This document shows, piece by piece, positions 23,901 to 36,900 of a DNA stretch of 64,000 bases (its first letter is position 1; every line of letters begins with the position of its first letter). Location of the stretch: the NCBI GenBank assembly GCA_023213395.1, contig CM041465.1, positions 42,353,741-42,417,740 of the forward strand. The letters are read 5' to 3'. Made by a program: the position numbers and the translations under genes. Under the pieces are notes generated by a model. The model was not told the DNA's origin and searched no databases. It saw only the letters and a list, made by a program, of their open reading frames with translations. Source of the stretch: Cycas panzhihuaensis (taxonomy: Eukaryota > Plantae > Cycadophyta).

Positions 23901-26900
23901 TGTTAAAATAATGGATACAACAATAATAAACTCATGAGTATATACACATAGTAAATTAATTAACATTAATGTAAAGTAAAACAAGCATCATCAAGCATAA
24001 TCATCACCACAAGACACCAAGATTTATACGTGGAAAACCTATTGTGGGAAAAACCATGGGAGAAGGTGGAGTTAGGACTCCACTTATGATCGTAAGGTCT
24101 ACATCTTTCTCCTCTCTCCTTACTCTCCTTTCTCAAGTGGTGAGTGTCGATACATATAGTGAAAACCACCTCATTAGTAGCCTATCAAATACATTGAGCC
24201 ATTATATTATCCAATAAAGAGATAGCATGGATATGTGTGCATCTCACATATCTTGAAGTAGGTGAATAGTAGGAAGTGCATGTGTACAATAATCCTATAT
24301 TAAACATTATGTTTTAACACCCCCCCAATAATGTTCAATGTTCTTGAATCTTGATCTTGAGTCTTCAAGTCTTCATCTTATATGTTGGTACTTGTAAGCT
24401 GTAATTGTAACTTGTCTCCTATATCTTATATGCAGTATTACCTGAAACCTATATATAACCTATAATTATATCTAGTATCCAATATGCAGTATCATCTATA
24501 ACTTGTAAAAGACTTGTAACTATATGCTTATCTTCATTAAGCATCAACCTATATAAACTAACATATATGAAGTAGTTTATGTACATCTTCATATCTTCAC
24601 GTGTGTGGTGGCTACTTTCAATCGACATTAAGTTGCATGATCAACATTAAGTTAACCATCAAATCAAGTAAAGTGATATCTAAGTCCATATAAAATAATA
24701 TCCATTTATCGAAATACATGGATGACCAACTGTTGTAATCACCGGTTCACTAGGAAATTGCTTCAATTATCATCTTTTTAAATTGCTTGTAGGACCAACA
24801 CAATTAGTGTGTTATGTCAAAGTTTCATCAGCTGGACATGTTGACAACTGTATCATCTTGAATAATCAACTCAAAAAATAGGCTAAACTACTTGGCCAAG
24901 GTAAGTTAACTATAATAAGGTAAATTATACTTAATATCTAATTAGATAACAAAAATTGCTTTTGTAACTAGGTGATCTATATGTTTGGTTAGGGGATTTG
25001 CCATCTAGTAAACTAAATGATAGTATTGTTAAGAGGGGAATGAAAGACTAACATATCAAGGATGTCTTATATCATAACTTGATCAAATCTTTCTCAACTA
25101 ATTAATGTTTTCCAACTAAAATGGGCCTTAAAATATTATAAATGGGTCTTAAAATGCTTAATTTTAAACTAAACTCTAATTTTCATTCGCCATTTCTCAA
25201 AAATAAGTTTACCATCATGATTGGAGCCATAGAAAATATCAAAATTAGCTGAAAGTTTTTTGAAAATAGTCATGGAATTCATCTTAAATGAGGTTTAGAG
25301 TCTTTACATCAACTTTACCTTGAATTTTCTCTGTCTTTTACTATCTAAAGTAGGTCGTATGAACACTTGTTATGACCATCTCAAAGTTTTCTTTCTAATG
25401 CAATAAACAACATTTGATTTTGATATACAAATGATGAGTTATGGGAGAAAATGTATTACTGACCCAAGAAAGAGTGTACGATCCTGAAGAAAATGGTGAC
25501 AGATCCGAAATTTTATCAAATTCCAAATATAAATTTAAAAACACAAAAACTATTCAATTTAGTTTTTTTAAAAGTTGAAGTTTGCCCCTTTTGAGGATTG
25601 AGCCCCGATTGCATTGGCTCTCTATATGATTGCCTATCGAGACCTAAGGGACATTGTAACACATATGAAAATATATGCAATACAATTAAATTTAATAAAC
25701 CAAATGGAATTTTTTTTTAATCATTTAATAATTCATTTTGGATAAAGTAATTTCTTTGCAAATATCTAAATAACAAAATCAATTTGGGTAAATTCAATTT
25801 GCCCTTTGCATGAAATGCTTCCTCTAGATCCTGATAAACTTGTATCCATATTCAAATATGTGATGATATTTAGCATCGATCTGTGGCTACTTCTTAATCT
25901 CCGTAGAGGGCAATCAGTCAACTTTGATTGTATAAATTTGTGTCATTATTTTTTTCTTTTTCATGGTAGAGGCAGGTAGCAAGGGGGTGCGTGCGATGTC
26001 TCCACGCAAACTTCTGTGGCAGTGGCATTTGTCTGCTATCTCTACATGCTTAAAATTATCTCATAATTAGATTAGAGGGTTGGTGATAAGAGTATGTATG
26101 GTATTTTAATCTTCAATCTACTACACTCTGCATATAAGGTATTTTAGATCAATGTCTTCCTAGGTCATTTAGGCGACTCTGCATAGGTTCCCTCAGTAGG
26201 GGTTTTGTCGGTGACTGATCAAGCATGATGGCTAGTTGTCTTCCTTCTTCTGGCCATGATTACGATGGAGGGCATGACTATAAATAGTTTAGACATTGGT
26301 TGTAAAAGTGGCACTTATGCAATTGGTTGAGCAATTCTGGTGTATCTACGAAAAGAAATATATAAACAAATTTGTATATATAATATATCACAACCATGAT
26401 CAACCAACCACAAGGTGTAATTTGAATATCATGAGTAGGCATCTAATATGAGTAGATCTGTGGTCAAATCCATAGTAAGGGCATTCTTTGGATCCTTTTA
26501 TGTGAAGACAATGGATCAAATATGTAATAAGGGCATTCTTTGGGTGCTTTTATGTGAAGACGAGCTTCCATGTGGCTATAACATGTGAATAATAATGTCA
26601 ATGATATGGTTGGAAAAGTCCCTAGTTTTTATGATTATTTGTTAGGTTTTCTTGTAAGATGTGCCCTCACTTCAATGTTGGGTAATCATATAGGCAGGAG
26701 CCCCTTTGCATTTGGCAAAATGGGCATTACAATAGTTTATCTCCATGTGAGCTTGGCTATGTAAGATCTTAAATAATATTCTTATGTTATCATATGTAAA
26801 ATTTGTTTACATACAATGTACATCTTCATGTTGTAATCGAATAGAAATATGTGTAATTTGTATATATTCAACAGAAAGTAAAATAATCCATCAACATTCA

Positions 26901-28152
26901 TGCCCTTATTATTATGCCACCATCAAGGGTTTGACATTTCGTCATAACACATAAGTAGTCATGCCCTCATATAAGCCATCAATAAAATATAATCATACCT
27001 ATAAAAATAGAATCATGCCCATATAAGATTAAGCCACTGTCAAAATCTTTTCCATGCTCCATAAATAATTAAATTTGTTCATGTATATGTAAATCTTGCA
27101 TATATTCCATATTTCAAGCTCATCATATTAAGTCGCTTAAATATGAATTCACATACCTTTTTGGTACTGTCACAAACTATTTGTAACATGTCAACATGCT
27201 ATTGTACAAGCATGTTACCTACTTACTGATGGAGTGTTCTCATTATGGTAGTGAATCTTATTGTGAGACGCTCGCAAATGCTTCCAAAACGGTCCATGAG
27301 TGATAGCGAATCCATCAGTGGACACTCACAAAAGCCTTCACTCATGGATTAAATATAATATCATGTGGACTATTATAAATACCTATATGTTCTATAAAAT
27401 ATGACACCAACATGCATAAAATATATGTCCACATAATACCAAATCAACATACCATCAATATCAATTGTATCTCTTGTATGCAGCTTTGATTGGCTTTATT
27501 TACCCTATAATCTGTCGTGCATATCACTGACATCTGTATATATCTGACTCATAAAAAAATTCTTCATAAATGACTCCTATCATAGGCTCAATGGGCTTGA
27601 ATCTAGATTAGCAAGATCTTCGCCTCACCATAGTAGCTTTGATACAATATTGCTCTGATACTATGTTAAAAATAAGTACCAAAATTGCTCTAATACCATG
27701 TTAAAAATAGGTAGCAGAATTACTTTGATACCATGTTAAAATCATGGATGCAACAATAATGAACTCATAAGTATATACATTTAGTACAATAATTAACATG
27801 AATGTAAAGTAAAGTAAGCATCATCATGCATAATCATTACCTCAAGACACCAAGATTTCTATGTGGAAAACCTATTATGGGAAAAACCATAGGAGAAGGT
27901 GGAGTTATGACTCCACTTACGATTATAAGGTTTACATCTTTCTCCTCTCTCTTGCCTCTCCTTTTTCAAGTGGTAAGTGTACATATATATAGTGAAAATT
28001 ACCACATGAGTAGCTTATCAAATACAATGAGCCATTACATTATCCAATAAATATATAGCATAGATATGTGTGCATCTCACATATCTTAAAGTAAGTGAAT
28101 GGTGGGAAGTGCATTTGTATAACGAGCCCATATTAAACATTATGTTTTAACA
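23901..28152 (-). mobile_element. Non-coding (LARD-like) LTR element with 419 bp LTRs
   Basis: LTRs at 23901-24319 and 27734-28152 (TGTTAAAA...TTTTAACA). A C7 run (PPT on the minus strand) lies at 24320-24326 and iMet-type PBS copies at 27636-27733. No retroelement domain was recognised in the 3.3 kb interior and no clear TSD was found. Confidence 0.85.
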
Positions 28153-31100
28153 TGTTTTGACCTATCATAATATTATCTTTGAAGATACTTGGGGCCATTT
28201 CCATAAGCATTAAAAATAGTTTTTTGAAGAGTTATTTTATGCAAGTTTATTAAGTATTTAAGAATTAATTTACTATTATGTTTTTTATGTATTTAGAATT
28301 AATTTATTACTAATTTTTTAGGTTATTTAAGACTGCAAGTAAAAGAAGTTGATGGAAGAAATAAAAAGATTTGATGATTGATTTTTAGTGCATGTGGGAT
28401 CTCGATTTTAAGAATGCAGGTTCTATTGTTAAAAGTCACAAATATTTTTTTGAAGTTAAATAATTAAGCTTACATTAACTAGTGTACGATAGTCTTCTTA
28501 CATGCTTATGAGAAGATTGTAAAGGAGTTATGTACAATAGTTAATATAGGCATTTTAACATCTCCCTATTGATGAGAAATATATATATTGGTTTATAGCT
28601 ACTATAAAAAGGTCATAAGCTTGCATATTTATGAAGATGGAGTGAATGTGTAGTTGAGAGTTACTAGCAAGAAAAATAACAAGAGTTTTTGACCTAGGAC
28701 ACTTAAATGGTTGACCTATTTATCTATTAAATTATTATTCATACTATATAGGGGAAATGAAAGAGTTAGCCTTCTTAATATGATATTTGGCCTATAAGAG
28801 ACTATATGTATTGATATTTATAATAATAATAATCTTATTCTTGTAAAAATCCCTAAGCAGTTTGAGTTAAAGAGTATGGTATTGATATATGTTGGTAGCA
28901 TGCATATTTTTTGATAATGAATGTGGTGCAGCTGAGAGGAAGTGATAAAAAAATGAAATGAAAAATAATAAAAAATAAAAAATATATACCCTATGTGTAG
29001 AGGGCTTCAAAGTGCATGAAAGTGTGGCACATAAGGTTTGAGACATAGTAACCTTAGAAAGGACTTTTAGCAACCTTGGTAGAGACAGGCAAGCTACTTT
29101 TACATCATAATTATTACCATAGGAGTAAAGCAAAGATATCTCAGAGAAGTCAATGAGGTAGGCCATGCCTAGGTAAGACAGTAAGATTGGAGAGAATAAT
29201 ATAGAGGCAAACACAACAAGATTATTAGTTGGCACAGAAGAGTAAAAAAACCCAAATAGAGCTAAAGCAAAAGTAGGTGAATATGATGATATAGAGGCAA
29301 AAAGATGCCCAACAAGGGCCTAACATAGTGAGACAAAAAATATATAAAAGTAGAGAGCCACAACCATGAAGAAGCATGTATTAATAGTAGTAAAAAATTC
29401 AAAATATACCTAGAAATCTACACATGGAAATGTAGCTATGGTGCATATAGCACAAGTAACCCGAGGAAGGGTAAATCACTTGGAAATAATATGGCGGCAA
29501 CATTAGCATAAATAGTAGAACACTTACACAATCAAAAGCATGGAAGATGCCCATAGGTCATGGGAAGGGCGACTCCTTATGGGAGTGAAGAGATGTCGTG
29601 GAGTAGAGAATGGGTCACAAATGGAAACCCCAACATGCAAAAGGATTGATACACCATCAAAACCCCAAGGGATTCAACAATATGATTTTATTTAATCATT
29701 TGTATATATTTTTCAAAGTTTGATTCTAAATTTAATCAAATTTGATAACCTTTAAAATATGTAAAGCAATTATTAAATAAGCCCTTAGTCATATGACAAC
29801 CTAATATGACTAATAGCCCAATAAGTGAAAGGGACTTAACTCTGATTTTTCAACCCGCATTCATTTATTAAGAAGGTGTCCTCACTCTTTTAATTATAAC
29901 TTGAGCTTGAGGAGTTAGAATTCAGTTTTAAAAATTGTGTTGGGAAGTTAACTTAGCCTTTTTAAAATTGGCAGGTCACTTGAAGTATTTTGAAGTTATT
30001 CCATTATAAAAGATTTAGTCTAAAGAGAAAAAAAGGTTAAAACGAGTATTTTTTATGATATTTTTACAATATTTAAGCATATTTGTGTTTCTTTAAATGT
30101 TCTAAATTAATTGATGATTATTGTAATCATGAGATATAACCCTAAAGGGGGAGGAAAATGCAAAATGTTGTTTTATAGGCTCTATCTTTAGGCTTTTTGT
30201 TTTTTATAGTATAAATGAAGGGGTTTACAAGGCCCCAACCCTATTATAAAAGCTACGTTTTAGCTTATTGATCTACCATGATAAGCTTATGGCGCAACTA
30301 TCCCTTAATGTATGGAAAAACTAAATACCCCTCCTGTCACAATAAGGCTAGTGGTTAGCTCTAGTCCTCTAATAGAAAAAATGGACCTAGATTCTGCCAT
30401 GACAAGCCCATGGCCTAACTATCCCTTAACACTTGGTAACCCACTATCCCTTTTGCCACGATAAGGCCAGTGGCTAACTCTGGTCCTCCTTACGAGTTAT
30501 GGACTTCAAGTCCTCCTTTACTTGACTCAAAACCTCCTTAAGGAAAGCCTCTTTCCATACACAGTTTCTTTGGTATTATACACCCTAGTTTGCCAATCTG
30601 TGAGTAGCACCATTCCCTTCTCTATACATGTGAGAAATCTTCACCTCCTTCATGCTCTTAAGCGCTCCTTGAATATCTTTAATCATGGATAATGATTTCC
30701 AATCATGAACAACCTCCTCTTTAATCATGTTTATTACATTAAGGAAGTCCCTTTCAATAATGATCTTGTTATGACCTTCTTCAAGGGCTATCTCTACTAC
30801 TTGCCTCATAGCTGTCAACTCTACCCTATGATTAATTTGGCATCTATAGGACTCAATAAAGGCCCAAAGGTTTCCTATTTTTGAATCTCTATAAATACTC
30901 CCAGCCCCCTACCTCCCTTAAGTTCCATTTGGCAGCCTCGTTAAAGTTAATTTTCACCCAGTTCTTCAGGGAAGGGACCCAATGACATATCCTCTTCCTC
31001 TTCCTAGTTCTTAGATTTTCCCTCCCAATTCCCTAATTTTGTAGACCTTCCTCATCTAACTCCATGACGAATTTCTCTTCTTTCCCATGCACACTAACAA

Positions 31101-33990
31101 GCTCCATTATGGCACTATAAATTGATCCTACAAGACCAATTTCGTCCCTCTTCTTGTCCTTGAAGACCCTCATATTCTTTTCCTTCCATAAGTTCCACAT
31201 CATCTCTGGCAGAGATATTTTCCATATGTATGCTAAGTTCTTACCCCTAAAAGGGCTAGTCCAGGCTAAGAATTGCTCCTTAATAGATCTCATTAATACC
31301 CAATCCACCCCGAACTTGGCTCATATGATCTTCCAGGCATTTATAGAGCAAGAACGGTGAAGGAGAATATGGTCCACCGACTCTTCATCCTCATAGCATA
31401 AAATGCATCTATTAACCATTATGAAACCTCTTCTTTGTATATTGTCCATAGTCAACATCTTGTTCTTCAAACATAACCACCAAAATACTGCCACTTTGGG
31501 GATCAAACCTAACTTCCACACTTTGTTCAACATGGGAGAATCGATAGCCCCTTCCTCAAGACATAAGAAATGGTACCTATGTTTCACTGTATACTCCCCA
31601 TAAGGGGAGAGGGGCCATACCATTTTATCTACCTCGTCAAATTTGAGGATGTAACATTGCAAAAGGATATATTTCAGATCCTTAATTGCCTTTCTAAGGG
31701 TCGTATTCCTCTTAATGTCCTCAAAAGATTTTCATCTCCTCATCCACCCCTGGCCTTCCCAATAATCTTTAACTTTATGACCATAAGTTTTTATATATTC
31801 TTCCCTCAGGGGACCCACATAATTCTTTTTAGGTAATTGAGCTTGACCGCACCAAATATCATCCCAAAAGTTTATGGACTCTCCATCACCTAACTTCCAC
31901 TACATGCCTATAATGAACATCTATCTAGAATGATAAAGGCTTCTCCAAATAGGAGATCCTAACTGAGTCCCAAGATACTCTACTATAATTTTATTACCAT
32001 GCAAGTATTTCTGAGAATTAATCTTCTCACAGAGTGTTCCTTTTCCCATAGCCAACTACCATCCCACCTTTACTACCAAGGCCCTATTAAAGGTTGTCAT
32101 TCTTCTCAGGTTCAAGCCTCCCACATGTTTAGGCTGTCAAACTTTCTTCCACACAACTAAGTGAATCATATCCTTCTCTTCAGTCCTTGACCAAAGAAAC
32201 ATTTTCTAGATCATTTCTAATATTGTTATTACTTTGGTCAGAATCTTGAAGACTGACATTAAGTATATAGGGATACTTTGAAGCATAGATGATAACATCT
32301 AAACTTCACCCACCTGGCTTAAAAGAGATCCTTTACAACTCACCATATTTCTCTGAATATAGTCAATAATAGGATTCCATAGCTCCTTTGTCATTTTTCC
32401 TATAAACAGGGGCATTCCTAGATACCCTGACAGAAGCTTCCTAATTGACATCTCTAAGATCTTGCTAATCCTCCTTTACACCCTCTCCTTTGTGTTTACA
32501 AAATTCACTCCACTTTTGTTTTGGTTAACCATCTGGTTGGTAGCTCTCTCATTACGTTCGAGACCACCTTTTATCACCTGGGCCTTAGCAGTTAGGGATG
32601 TCTTACTTAGAAGAATATTATCATCAATAAATTGATGATGGGCTACGCTATCAATCCCAGATGTAGGTACTATTCTTTTGAGCATCCCTAGTCTTCTGGC
32701 CTCCTCTGTCACCCTCCCCAAAAGCTCAGCTAGGATAATAAATAAATAAGGGGATAGAGGGTCTCCCTAACAGAGGTCCCTATGCCCAAAGAAGAAATCA
32801 ATCAAAGATTCATTTATCAAAAGCAATTATTGGTGGTTGGAAATACAGTAACTCATCCATCTCCTCCATCTCTCTCCATACTCAAATACCCTTAGGCAGT
32901 CCAAGAGACATTCCTAGGAAACTCTATCATAAGCTTTGGATAGATCTATTTTGACTATCATCCCTACTTCCTTCCTCTAGTAGGTTGAGTACATGGTCTC
33001 ATATATGATAATAATCCCATCCAGTATTTGTCTCCTTTTCACAAACTCATCTTGATTAGGAAATATAATATCCAATAGTATCCTATTCACTCTATTTACT
33101 AAAACCTTAGCCAAGATTTTGTAGACCATATTATAGAGGCTGGTTGGGAAGTACTCCTCTATTCTCTTGGCTCCTTCCTTTTTAGGGATCAAGACTAAGA
33201 AGGTAGCCTACCATTCCCCTAATATTACCCCATTGTTATGGAATTCCCCCGTTACTGCCATGAGGTCCTCCTCTATTATATCCTAATATTCTTAGAAAAA
33301 AACTAGGAGGAAGCCCTTTAGACCTCGTTCTTTTTTCTTCTTCATGTTGAACACAACACCTTTCACTTCTTCTATAGAGAATAAGACCAAAAGGTCCTTG
33401 TTTTGGTCTTCTATCACCAATTTATGAATTCTTTCCATGAATTCCTTCCTAGCCTCTAGGTCAAGACAGTGTGGCTCCTCTAACAACTCCTAGAAGTATT
33501 TCATTGCAGTCTCCTTGAGATTTCCTTCTCTTCACTAGTTTCTACCCCTGCCTTATTATATAGCTTGTTCATCCAGTTAAAGGCTCAATGCCTTAGAGTC
33601 GTTAGGTGGAAAAACTTTATGTTCTTGTCTCCTTCTGCCAGCCAAAGGCTCTCGACTTCTGCTTCCAAAATATTTCTTCCTTAGTTAGAATCTCCTCTAA
33701 CCTCCTAGCTATATCTCTACTTTTTAAGTCTAAATTCTTGGATCTTCCTTCTTTTTCTATATTCTCCTCAATTCCTTTCAGCTCCTCCATAAGTCGTTCC
33801 TTGGTTACAAAGATATTTCCATGCATTCCTTTATTCTAGTACTTTAAATTCCTCTTAACCTAGCTCAACTTCTTAGATACTCTAAACATCATACAACCAT
33901 TAATAAGAATTCTCTACCATTCAACTATCAAATTCCTTAGGTTGGGATGTTTAACCCACATCAGTTCAAATTAAAATGGGGCACCAATGT

Positions 33991-36900
33991 TGATCTAGGA
34001 GTATCTACCATATGTTTACAGGATGCAGAAAAATGCTAGGCATTGGCATAACTAAAAGAGATATGGCAAAATGGTATCAAAATTATATGAAATTTTGTGT
34101 AAGGGAAGAAAACACATCCCACTACATGTGTACAAAAGGTGGGGTTTAGAAAATATCATTTGATTAGAGTTCAAGCCTTGTTTTGCATAAAATTAATCCC
34201 ATAGTTAGCAGAAAAATAGCAAATACATATTATCATTAAATGAATAATAATGTGGACAAATGATATCAAAATGGGCTAAAATTTTGAAGAAGCAGAGGAG
34301 ACATGTGTCCCTATATGTGTACCAAATTTTAGCCAAATTAGAGTCCGTTAAGGTCAGTTACAAGCTGCAATTTTTAAGAATTGCATGAAGGCCACTTGGA
34401 CAGTAGAAAAACAACAAATACATATTATTATTAAATGAATAAAAATGCAGTCAAATGACATCCAAATGAGCTAAAATTTTGTGAAAGAGGAGGGGACATG
34501 TGTTCCTATATGTGTGCCAAATTTGAGCCAAATTGGAGTCCGTTAAGGTCAGTTACAAGCTACAACTTTTAAGAATTACATGAAGGCCACTTGGACAACA
34601 TGCATTCTGGTGGTTAGTGGTTATACTTGCATGATTGCCACTTGTTAAACATGCAATTTTGGTTTCTTTCTATAAATTGAGCCCTATTATGGGTTGGAGA
34701 GGTAGTTATTAGAGGTGAAAGGCACTAGACTTGGGAAGCATCCTTAGAGAAGCATTTTGGAGGGTTGGAGTCCCCCTTATGGTATAATTGTATCATTTAT
34801 TCCTTGTAATTTTACCATTCTTTTGTTAGTTGATTTCTCCACCATTAAATGGAGATTTTCATAGTTTAATAAAAGTAATACTCCTCGTACTTTTTGGAGC
34901 AATGTCAAGAATAAATTATTTGGTATAGAATTTTCTTTTGTGGGCTCATTATTGTTTTGATATTATTGAGATTTCTACACTAACTCCTAGGATCTCAAGG
35001 AGAAAAGGTTGATAATTGACTTCTTCACCAATTAAGCTCTATTTGGGATCATATTTTGGTATCAGAGCATATGATCTTTGTTGTAGGGACTTGAATGGTA
35101 TAAACAAGGAAAGGATACAAAGAGAAAGGTGAAGCTTTTGTTGTGTTGCAATCACCAAGAAGACAAAGAAAGAATCCAAGCACCATGGCTGAAAAAGAAG
35201 ATGGAGAAATTAGATTTAAAAAGCTTGAGAAGAACGTAGAAGTCTTGATACAAATGATGACCCAACTTCTACCTCTAGTCAAGGGAAAAGGCAAAGAGAA
35301 GGAAGTTGAAGGAGGATCCACATATGACCGCAACCATAAAGAGGAAGAGGAGGAGACCTTAAAGCACTCATTTGAAGAAAGTAAGGGTACTTCATCTCAC
35401 CAACCCTTCAAGGTGGAGGCAAAGTTGGATATTCTAACTTATGATGGAGAGGTAAATGTTGAAAAGTATGGACCATTGGTTGGATCAACTTGAAATCTAC
35501 TTCACAATTTATGCTTATAGTAATGCTTAAAAGCTTTCATTTGCTAGGCTCAAGTTGTGTAAATATGCATTGACATGGTGGAATGTATATTTGAAGACTC
35601 ATGATGTATCTTCTTTTTCATGGATGGATTTTAATAAAATAATAAAGAAGCAATACTATCCCATAGGTCATGAGGAAGACCAATGGGTCACTTGGCAATA
35701 TTTATGCCAAGAGAGAGGTGTATGTGTCCAAGACTATACTTCTTTATTTTTTAGGCATGGCATGTTACTTGGTATTAATATGGATGAACATATCACTCTT
35801 ATGAAATTCATTGGAGGATTACATGAATACATAAGGAAGGAACTAAGGCTTGTTAAGGTTCAATCCATTGGAAAAGCAAGTAGAATGCCTATGGCAATAG
35901 AAAGTAAAAGCAAGAAATCTACATTCATGTCTAAAGATTCTACTTTTACTTCTAATAAGTATGAAAAGAATCCTAAATTGCACTCATCTAAAAGGCAAGA
36001 AGAAAAGAACTAATTTTGTTAAAAGTTCTAATTATTGTGAGCATTGTGATATTAGTGGTCATATTGCAGTAAAGTGTTGGAAGTTGCATCCAGAGCTAAA
36101 GCTAAAGCATATCAAGGATATGGAATTAAGAAAGAAGAAGAAAGGGACAACACTACTTTCTCAAGTGGAGATTCAAAGTGAAGGAGAAGAAGAGAAGGTT
36201 ACTCTACTTACAAATTATGAAGATGATGCTACAAGGGAGGAACTATTTCACTTGAAGCTTCAAGTAGGAAATGATATTATTGGTGCCATTATAGATCCGG
36301 GGAGCCAAAAGAATTTGATCTCAGAAAGTTTGGTAAAGAGCATTAGGTTGGTAATTACTCCTCACCCTCACCTATATCCTCTTAGTTGGATCCATAAAGA
36401 TGTGGAAATGCAAATATCAAAGTAATGTACACTTAAATTTTCCATCACTAATGATTTTGTTGATGAAGTAATATGTGATGTGGTGTCGTTAGATGTATGC
36501 CATGTTGTGCTTGGGAGTCCCTACTTGTGGGATCAAGATACACTCTTCTATCGATGGGAGAGAAAGTATCGGTTGATAAAGGATAACAAGGGCTTCATCA
36601 TAAAGGCCACAAAGAAGCACTTAGATAAGATAGCATTAATTTCAGCCACTCAAGCAAAAAGGATGATCAATGCATGTGGTAAATTCATCATCTTAATGGT
36701 AAGGAGAAAAGAAGAGCCAAGAGATGAAGAAGGTCCTTCTACTCACACTCTTCTTATATCACCTAAACAAATGCAACAAATTGAGGAGTTAAAGACAAGG
36801 TATGATATTTTATTTCAACATGTTGATGGGCTACCACCAAAGAGAAAGATAGAGTATGAAATCACTCTTGTAGGAGATGCACCATTGCCTAATGTTGCTT

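Noticed and set aside
27636-27733. 35 bp periodic array as a CRISPR
   Set aside because: Eukaryotic context, the spacers resemble each other, and the repeat is a tRNA primer binding site.
30396-30414. TGACAAGCC resembles the twister ribozyme L4 loop
   Set aside because: The flanks do not form the twister P4 pairing around UGACAAGC, the other conserved twister elements were not found, and the match is antisense to the LINE RNA.
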